Shown piece by piece: positions 1 through 7,377 of a DNA stretch of 7,672 nt (positions are counted from its first letter, which is position 1; every line of letters starts with the position of its first letter). The stretch is from Octopus sinensis (taxonomy: Eukaryota): assembly GCF_006345805.1 (NCBI RefSeq), contig NW_021828766.1:1-7672 (forward strand), given 5' to 3'. The position numbers and the translations under genes were made by a program. The notes under the pieces were generated by a model. The model did no database searches and had not been told where the DNA came from. It saw nothing but the letters and a program-made list of their open reading frames with translations.

Positions 1-85
1 CAGTTACGCACGGGGGTTGATGTTTATCGACTTATCCATGTGTCTGTCCCCTCTGTCTTTAGCCCTTTGTGGGTAGTAAGAATAA
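1..85 (+). mobile_element. 3' portion of a SINE (Nin/Deu-like domain family, tail type A), cut by the window edge
   Basis: Aligns by eye to 7029-7120 (cagttacgca..g.t..t.atcgact..tgtcccctct.tctt.agccc.ttgtgggta.taa) and ends in an A-rich tail that runs into (TA)n. Resembles an abundant Octopus SINE 3' end as I recall it. Confidence 0.75.
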
Positions 86-95
86 ATAAAAAATA

Positions 96-207
96 AATAT
101 TAAATATTTTATATATATATATATATATATCTATATATATATTATATAAATATATATAATATATATTATATATATATATATATAGATATATATATGTATG
201 TATATAC
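96..207. repeat. Imperfect (TA)n microsatellite
   Basis: Directly visible TA dinucleotide run following the SINE tail. Confidence 0.95.
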
Positions 208-891
208 AATATACGTTATATCCAGTAAGCATTTATAAACTCATATTGTGCAAATCACACAACGTCCTCGGCAGCTAAGAGTTTGTGGAAACGTTTCGCT
301 TTCATTAATTCTCATCAGGGATCGCTTCTTTCACCGATCAACAACCGGCGTAGAGTTGAGTATAATCTGATGTGGAATGTAAAAAAACAAACTATTAGTA
401 GCGAAAAACAGAAATTTACATTAGAGTACATGTTAAAGCTTAGTATTTTAATAAGAAATCCACCTACAAAGCATCGTCAGATATATACACGTGTGTATGT
501 TTATACATGTCTGTATGTGAGTACGTGTTTGGGTGGTGTATTATTTGTGAATTGTATTCATTCAACGTAGATAATTTTTCTATGACACTGGCAGACACAC
601 GCATACATATATACACATACCTATACGTAGAAACTCACACACACACGCAAACATATGTACATAAAGGCAAATATTTATCTTAACACATATATATGTAAGC
701 ATATATTTATGCATATAGGTGTATGTTTACACATGTTGGTTTATAATCTCATATGTGTGTGTGTGTGTACGTGTGTGTAAATATGTATATAACTGTGTAT
801 GTATTTACTGAAAAATTGTTACGCCTCGCGCTGTCTGAGACAACTAAATATGGCAGTAAATACATTAAAGCCGAGTAAAAATTAATTTTAA

Positions 892-947
892 GGCTGCAGT
901 GTGTAGGTTCAAGTCCCAAGAGGGGTTTGAACTTACACATTGAAGCC
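892..947 (+). other. Inverted repeat / hairpin with 26-bp arms and a 4-nt loop
   Basis: GGCTGCAGTGTGTAGGTTCAAGTCCC-AAGA-GGGGTTTGAACTTACACATTGAAGCC: 21/26 Watson-Crick pairs, 4 G.T wobbles and 1 G-A mismatch. Confidence 0.85.
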
Positions 948-1029
948 GATAACTTCCTATGTCCCAGTTTCGACAAAATAGTGTTTAAATAATACAGAGA
1001 TCGGACGAGGGTCTCCGGGCATTTACATG

Positions 1030-1050
1030 CACACACACACACACACACAC

Positions 1051-1089
<39 letters not shown>

Positions 1090-1125
1090 AAACACACAAA
1101 CACGCATGCAAACATACACACACAT
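1030..1125. repeat. (CA)n microsatellite, imperfect
   Basis: Directly visible. Confidence 0.95.
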
Positions 1126-1277
1126 ATATATAGATATGTCTACACATATTTACATAGTCACATGTACATACGTATATTCTCATACATAAATGTGTTCGCG
1201 CGTGTGATGGTGTGTACACGCATAAATGAAAATGATTGATCGGAACGAAAAGGGATATAATACTATGGAATGTTTAA

Positions 1278-1281
<4 letters not shown>

Positions 1282-1322
<41 letters not shown>

Positions 1323-1439
1323 ATATATATATATATATACATACACACACATATATATATATATATGTATGTATATATATGTGTGTATATATATATGTAT
1401 GTATATGTGTATATATATCTATATCTATCTATCAATCTA

Positions 1440-1517
<78 letters not shown>

Positions 1518-1529
1518 ATATATATGTAC

Positions 1530-1569
<40 letters not shown>

Positions 1570-1710
1570 TATTATATAGTACATATATATGTATCTATAT
1601 ATATATATATATATATTATATATATGTGTGTTATATATATGTATATATATGTATATATATATATTTATACACACATAATATGTATGTATATATATATGTA
1701 TGTATATATG

Positions 1711-1771
<61 letters not shown>

Positions 1772-1776
1772 ATATA
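1282..1776. repeat. Compound microsatellite (CT)n-(TA/CA/TG)n-(CTAT)n-(CT)n-(TA)n
   Basis: CT blocks at ~1282-1317 and ~1445-1470 flank a TA-rich core, followed by ~300 bp of imperfect (TA)n. Confidence 0.95.
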
Positions 1777-1888
1777 GTCTGAAATCTCGTTAATCTTCAT
1801 TCCGAGTTTTGTAAATATGTTTATATATAAGTTCATGGGTGGAACGGGTGTGTGTGTGTTTGCTTATATCTTCATCGAATCCTGATTA

Positions 1889-2140
1889 TCTCTCTCTCTC
1901 TCTCTCTCTCTCACTCTTTCTCTCTCTCTTACTCTCTCTCTCTCGCTCTCTATTCATACACACATATATACATATATATTGATATACAGATATATACATA
2001 TACATGCGTGCGCGAGTGACAGTGTGATTTGTTGTGAGAGATTTTATACAGACACACACAAATACACGCATGCGCAAGACATGCACACACACACACACAC
2101 ACACATACACAAACACACACACACACATACACACATACAA
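1889..2140. repeat. (TC)n tract followed by TA/CA-rich and (CA)n tracts
   Basis: (TC)n at ~1889-1951 and (CA)n at ~2050-2140. Confidence 0.9.
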
Positions 2141-2439
2141 AAGAAGACAAAGTCTCTTATTCTTTGAATCGTATTGTTTCTGGTCAAAACTTCTTTCATA
2201 AATATTTATGAAGACATAAATTCGAAGAAATATCTTTCCTCACGGGACCACTTGGAATCGATCCCACGACACACATCACTCCTCCCCTTGGTTTACAGGC
2301 AACCTTCAATACATTGGAGGCCCTTATTTAACGGCAAAGAAGATCGGATTTAAGTGTTGCGCTGTTCAGGTGAGATTAAATGAAGGCGAAGACGACACCC
2401 GATTATCTTGGCCGATATTGCACACACGAAACACTAGCA

Positions 2440-2826
2440 CACACACAATATATATATGTGTGTGTGTGAGTGAAACAGAAATTTCTGTCTGTCTGTCTCT
2501 CGATATAAATATATATATGCGTGTGTGTGTGAATAAGTGTGGGTGTTTATATATATAGATAGCAGGATCTCTCTGTCTCTGTCTCTCTCTCTCTCTCACT
2601 CTTTCCCTCTCTCGTTATCTCTCTCTATCTCTCTATCTATCTATCTATTTCACATGGCATTTTTACGTTCAAGAAGTATTTTTACTCAACATTTTATGCA
2701 CTATACTATATAGAACATGATCGCGCGTGCTTGAGTGCGTGCATGTGTGTGCAAGTGTGTGCGTGTGATTGTGTGCATGTGTGCGTGTGTGTGTGTGTAC
2801 GTGTGCGTGTGTGTGTGTGAGAGTGT
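2440..2826. repeat. Cluster of short imperfect CA/TA/TG/TC/CTAT microsatellites
   Basis: (TC)/(CTAT) at ~2569-2647, (TG)n at ~2735-2826 and short TA/TG runs at 2440-2560. Confidence 0.85.
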
Positions 2827-3169
2827 GGACACCTTGCAAGACAAAACGTATACACACCCTCTTTAAGAAGCAGGCTTGGTTGCTCTACCCGCTCAGTCAC
2901 TAACGGATCGAACATGCAATCGGTTGTATTGATTACTGATTACCAGTGACACCAATATTGACCTCAGAGAATGAAGAAGTGTCAACGTGATCGGTAATCT
3001 CTCCGAAGACCTGTTGCCAGCGATACTCATCGGTGCCACAGCTATGAGAAATTGGTCAGCGCTCTAGCATGATTGAAAAGCTGTCCCTGTTTCATGGCGC
3101 AACCATGCGATGGCATTAATGGCGATCGAGTTGGAGCAATTACGTATGAATGCTGCGTATTTATCGGTC

Positions 3170-3370
3170 ATTTGTTTCAGTCATTAAACTGCGGCCATGT
3201 TGGGGCACCATTTTGAAGAAATTTTAGTCGAACGAATCGAACTCTGTACATTTTTTCCAAGTTCGGTACTTACTTTTATCTGTATTTTCTTTTGCCGAAC
3301 TGCTAACTTACGAGGGCGGAAACGCACCAACACCGGTTGCCAAGCGGTGGTGGGGATACACACACAAACA

Positions 3371-3427
<57 letters not shown>

Positions 3428-3577
3428 GGTGGTCTTCTTTCTGTCTCTACAAATTCACTCACAAGGATTTGGTCGACTCGATGCTACAGCCGAAAACACT
3501 CGCCCAAGGTACCCTGCAGTGGGATTGAACCCAGAACCATGTGGCTAGGATGCAAGCTCCTTACCACACAGACACGT
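3170..3577 (-). mobile_element. Near full-length tRNA-derived SINE with CORE-like motif and internal (TG)n (Octopus OR-type-like)
   Basis: On the minus strand: A-box-like TGTCTGTGTGG (3574-3564), B-box GGTTCAATCCC (3531-3521), CORE-like CCTTGGGCGAGTG (3509-3497), an internal (TG)n and then a 3' body. The head is homologous to 7133-7295, and the head and 3' body are homologous to the reverse complement of 7378-7672. Confidence 0.85.
3358..3424. repeat. (CA)n microsatellite internal to the SINE
   Basis: Directly visible; separates the SINE head from its 3' body. Confidence 0.95.
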
Positions 3578-3695
3578 CAATCTTTCGAATTTAGAGTCAA
3601 TTTTGACCTTCCACTTGCCTTGAAGCAAGGTTGGGAAAGAAGGACTCTTATTTTCTTCATTATCCTTAATACTTAAGCTCTTTTATAGTTTCTAG

Positions 3696-3710
3696 ATATG
3701 GTGACTATTG
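3696..3710 (+). other. Candidate 15-nt microexon (unconfirmed)
   Basis: Long pyrimidine-rich tract at 3645-3693, branch-point-like CTTAAT (3665-3670), acceptor TTTCTAG ending at 3695, and donor TG|GTAAGT at 3711-3716. Confidence 0.35.
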
Positions 3711-4109
3711 GTAAGTATGAATTAAGGAGTGAATTCTCTTCTCAAGAACCCAAATTCAAAACTCTTTTGCTTCCAATAAGTTGTTGCTTCCATAACAACA
3801 ATCTGTATCTTGGATACTAGATTTGCAAACGCCGCATCATTTGTCCATATTTGTCCTCTTTCTGCTGTATATTTCTGACAACATACGTGTCGAGAGAGCA
3901 GCTAAGTTCCAGAACAGAGCATGTTTCCATGTGTGTATGTAAACAATACCCAATATATTTTATATTATTCTTCTGAACAGTGTCACCATTTGGGAAAGAG
4001 AGAGCGGGGTAATGTGACTCGTGAATATGATGCGTATAATCTCTGAGTCTGTCAGAGGGTGCATCTGTCCGTTTGACAGCACTTCCGTGTCTGTAGCTCT
4101 ACCAGGCCA

Positions 4110-4323
4110 GGGATCTCTGGAAGTAATCCATATGCACTGGATAAATGTCTAGCGGCATTTATGTTTTTATGCTCTGAGATCAAATTCTACCGAAGTCGCC
4201 TTTACCTTTCATTCTTTTCGGATCGATAACATAAGTACCAGTGGAGTACTGGGGGCTCAAGTAATCTGCTTAGCCTGTTCCCCAAAATTTCAGGCCTTGT
4301 GTGCATAGTAGAAATATTTATTA

Positions 4324-4400
<77 letters not shown>
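4110..4400 (+). mobile_element. Diverged tRNA-derived SINE with Nin/Deu-like domain, tail type B, ending in (ATT)n
   Basis: Degenerate B-box GAGATCAAATTC (4176-4187). The central cctttcattcttttcggatcgataacataagtaccag resembles the Nin/DeuSINE domain and matches 7007-7032. The 3' end ccccaaaatttcaggccttgtgtgcatagtagaaat is followed directly by (ATT)n. The 5' boundary is approximate. Confidence 0.75.
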
Positions 4401-4552
4401 TTATTATCATTATTATTATTATCATCATCATCATCATCATTATTATCATTATTATCATCATTATTATTATTATTATTATTATCATTATTAATTTTATTAT
4501 TATTATTATCATTATTGTTGTTGTTGTTATTAAATTACATTATTATTCTTAT
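4318..4552. repeat. (ATT)n microsatellite, pure at 4326-4400, degrading into ATC/GTT variants
   Basis: 25 perfect ATT units, then mixed ATT/ATC/GTT triplets. Confidence 0.95.
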
Positions 4553-4611
4553 TCATACAGTATTTCTAATATCACATTATCTGAATGTTTTTAAATTCTT
4601 TAAAGACCATA

Positions 4612-4668
4612 AGGTATGATTTGAAGATGAGGATACGGTTGCTATTTCTAGCAGATTAAGTGACTTCA
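4612..4668. mobile_element. Possible short fragment of another interspersed repeat
   Basis: ggtatgatttgaagatgagga..ggttgctatttctagcag resembles a motif I recall as recurrent in Octopus DNA; there is no second copy in the window. Confidence 0.3.
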
Positions 4669-4959
4669 AAATGGCTCGGCTTACTTTCTCTCGTTTTCCT
4701 CGTTCCGTTGTTGTTTTTGTTGTTGTTGTTAATGCTCTATATTACTTTCTCCTTCGTCGGTGTTCATGTAATAATACCCAGTCATCCCACCCCTCCTTCA
4801 TTCCCCACTCTGTCTGTCTGTCTACCTCTCGATCGGCCTTTGTGTCTGTCTGTCTGTCCTCTTGGGAGGTTGTCATCACTTGTCTCACACATGTAAATTT
4901 CACTAGGAATACAATGGCACACAACCTCGTCGGGAGCAGAACGAGATATACCGTAACAG

Positions 4960-5940
4960 AGCAAACACTACCGCCAACACCACCACCACCGCCGCCGCCG
5001 CTGCCATCAGCACTACCACCACGATAATCACAACCACAATCGCAACCACTATAACCACCACCTACAGCAACACCACAGACACCAGCAGCAGCAGCAGCAC
5101 CACCACCACAACCACAACCGCAACTACAATCACAACCACTATAACCACCACCTACAGCAACACCACAACCACAACTACAACAATTACCAATAAAATCACA
5201 CCGATAACAACACAACAACAATACCACCACCACCATCCCCACAAATACCATTACCACCACCACCACTACGAATACCATCACCACCACCATCAATACCATT
5301 ACTACCACCAACACCGCTGCCACCAAAATCCGCGCCCTACCCAGCATCATCCTGACTAATAACACCGCTTTTGCTATCCCCGCAATTACACCCAAGATGG
5401 CGCGTCAACCACCACCACCACCACGAATACCACCACCACCACCACGAATACCACCACCACCACCACGAATACCACCACCACCACCGCCGCCGCCACCACC
5501 AATGCCACCATCACCACCACCATTATGATCCCCACCCTCAATGCGACCATCACCTTCACCAATCAGCATCATCACCATCAATGTCACCTTTCAACACTAG
5601 CGGTTCCCCTGCCCTTAGCATAAACACCACCCGCCGCCGCCGCCGCCAAACAGTTACAAATCCAGCTCCAACACCAACACTACCATGACCACCACAACTG
5701 TCAAAACCACGATAATATCACTACCACACCGCCACCACCATCACCATCATCAAATCCGCCACCTCCAACAACAACAACAACAACAAGAGACATTCTTAGA
5801 TTATCAGTGACAGCAGCGACAACCACATCAATATTACACCACCACCAACACCACCGTCGTCATTGTCATCAGCATCGACATGGTTGTCATCATCTTCATG
5901 TCGTCAACATTATCGACATCTTTCTCATCATTGTCATAAA
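4960..5940. repeat. Cryptic trinucleotide low-complexity region (ACC/AAC/GCC/ATC)
   Basis: Strongly C+A-biased top strand made of mixed triplet runs, with small internal duplications. Confidence 0.9.
5410..5484 (+). repeat. 21-bp minisatellite (CAC)5GAATAC, ~3.6 copies
   Basis: Perfect units at 5410-5430, 5431-5451 and 5452-5472, plus (CAC)4. Confidence 0.95.
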
Positions 5941-6083
5941 CATCATCATCGTCGTCGTCGTCGTCGTCATCATCATCATCATCATCATCACCATCATCAT
6001 CATCATCGTCATCATCATCATCATCATCATCATCATCGTCGTCGTCGTCGTCGTCGTCGTCATCATCATCATCATCATCATCG

Positions 6084-6121
<38 letters not shown>

Positions 6122-6161
6122 GTCGTCGTCGTCATCATCATCATCATCATCATCATCATCG

Positions 6162-6199
<38 letters not shown>

Positions 6200-6327
6200 G
6201 TCGTCGTCGTCGTCGTCGTCGTCGTCATCATCATCATCATCATCATCGTCATCATCATCATCATCATCACTCATCATCATCATCATCGTCATCATCATCA
6301 TCATCATCATCATCATCGTCGTCGTCG

Positions 6328-6359
<32 letters not shown>

Positions 6360-6375
6360 GTCATCATCATCATCG

Positions 6376-6407
<32 letters not shown>

Positions 6408-6483
6408 GTCGTCGTCGTCATCATCATCATCATCATCATCATCATCGTCATCATCATCATCATCACCATCATCATCATCATCG

Positions 6484-6515
<32 letters not shown>

Positions 6516-6525
6516 GTCGTCGTCG

Positions 6526-6557
<32 letters not shown>

Positions 6558-6558
6558 G

Positions 6559-6596
<38 letters not shown>

Positions 6597-6759
6597 GTCG
6601 TCGTCGTCGTCGTCGTCGTCGTCATCATCATCATCATCATCACCTTCATCATCATCATCATCATCACCATCATCATCATCATCGTCATCATCATCATCAT
6701 CATCATCATCATCGTCGTCGTCGTCGTCGTCGTCGTCATCATCATCATCATCATCATCG

Positions 6760-6797
<38 letters not shown>

Positions 6798-6807
6798 GTC
6801 GTCGTCG

Positions 6808-6878
<71 letters not shown>

Positions 6879-6895
6879 GTCATCGTCATCATCAC
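5941..6895. repeat. Long compound (CAT)n/(CGT)n trinucleotide array with higher-order structure
   Basis: About 955 bp made almost only of CAT and CGT, with rare CAC, one CTT (6644) and a single 1-nt phase shift at 6271. Confidence 0.97.
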
Positions 6896-6974
6896 AGTCA
6901 AGTACCTTGAGATTCTTCAGCCTTAATGTTTTCGCTACAGCAGTGGTAACATCCAAATAAGAATGACAAATACA

Positions 6975-6977
<3 letters not shown>

Positions 6978-7006
<29 letters not shown>
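6978..7006. repeat. (CA)n microsatellite
   Basis: Directly visible perfect run. Confidence 0.95.
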
Positions 7007-7007
<1 letters not shown>

Positions 7008-7121
7008 CGGGGTCGATAAATTAAGAACCAGTTACGCACTGCGGTCGTTGTAATCGACTCAATCCGTTAGTCTGTCTTTGTTTGTCCCCTCTATCTTCAG
7101 CCCCTTGTGGGTAATAAAGAC
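7007..7121 (+). mobile_element. 5'-truncated SINE (Nin/Deu-like domain, tail type A)
   Basis: tcggggtcgataaattaagaaccagttacgcact matches 4218-4250, and the remainder matches 1-80. Confidence 0.8.
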
Positions 7122-7132
7122 ATATATATATA

Positions 7133-7295
7133 TACGACGGGCTCCCTTTAGTCTTCGTCAACGAAATTCGCTCACAAGGCATTGATCGTTGATCGAGGCT
7201 AAGAGACTCGATACACACAAGGTGCTGCGCAATGAGACTGAACTCGTCACCGGGCTGTTGAGAAGGAAACTTCCCACCGCACAGCCACGCCTGCG
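7133..7295 (-). mobile_element. 5' half of the tRNA-derived CORE-like SINE
   Basis: Colinear with 3425-3577 (tacg..gg, aaattc.ctcacaagg, caaggt, ga.tgaac, cacag.cacg). Minus-strand A-box TGGCTGTGCGG (7287-7277) and degenerate B-box AGTTCAGTCTC (7244-7234). Confidence 0.8.
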
Positions 7296-7377
7296 ATATG
7301 TATGAATGTGTGTGTGTGTGCGCGTACACACAAACACACACACACGCGCATACACGCAGACGCATACACACACACAT

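Noticed and set aside
283-570. 95-aa ORF
   Set aside because: Non-ATG start, no recognisable motif, and it runs into TG/TA-rich sequence.
2245-2320. Minus-strand B-box/T-arm-like GTCGTGGGATCGATTCC with upstream CTGTAAA, suggesting a tRNA
   Set aside because: No cloverleaf or acceptor stem can be built; at most a very decayed tRNA-derived SINE head.
749-2915. Numerous YI/CV/HT/SL/RE-rich ORFs
   Set aside because: Translations of dinucleotide microsatellites; no domain-like content.
2933-3041. Possible minus-strand exon after TTTCTCATAG (CGTDEYRWQQVFGEITDHVDTSSFSEVNIG...)
   Set aside because: Short, no strong donor site and no recognised homology; cannot be supported without a search.
3197-3676. 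159-aa ORF, and similarly ORFs at 7021-7596
   Set aside because: They lie within SINE copies and CA repeats and show no transposase or reverse-transcriptase motifs.
3981-4008. Second possible small + strand exon (TTCTTCTGAACAG ... GG|GTAATG)
   Set aside because: Weak donor, 28 nt (frame-shifting), and expected by chance in AT-rich DNA.
5410-5484. CRISPR-like or His-rich coding repeat (HHHHHEY)x3
   Set aside because: No unique spacers or cas genes, and a eukaryotic context; it is simply a minisatellite in low-complexity DNA.
5807-7007. Long ORFs (367, 355, 365 and 246 aa) of poly-H/R, I/V, S, D and M/T
   Set aside because: CAT/CGT repeats lack stops in five of six frames. The ORFs overlap on both strands and switch homopolymer at the 1-nt shift at 6271, so they are repeat shadows.
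1-7121. Direct repeats at 1-85 and 7029-7120 as LTRs or ends of one large element
   Set aside because: The copies are diverged SINE 3' ends, with no TG..CA termini, primer-binding site or internal coding sequence.
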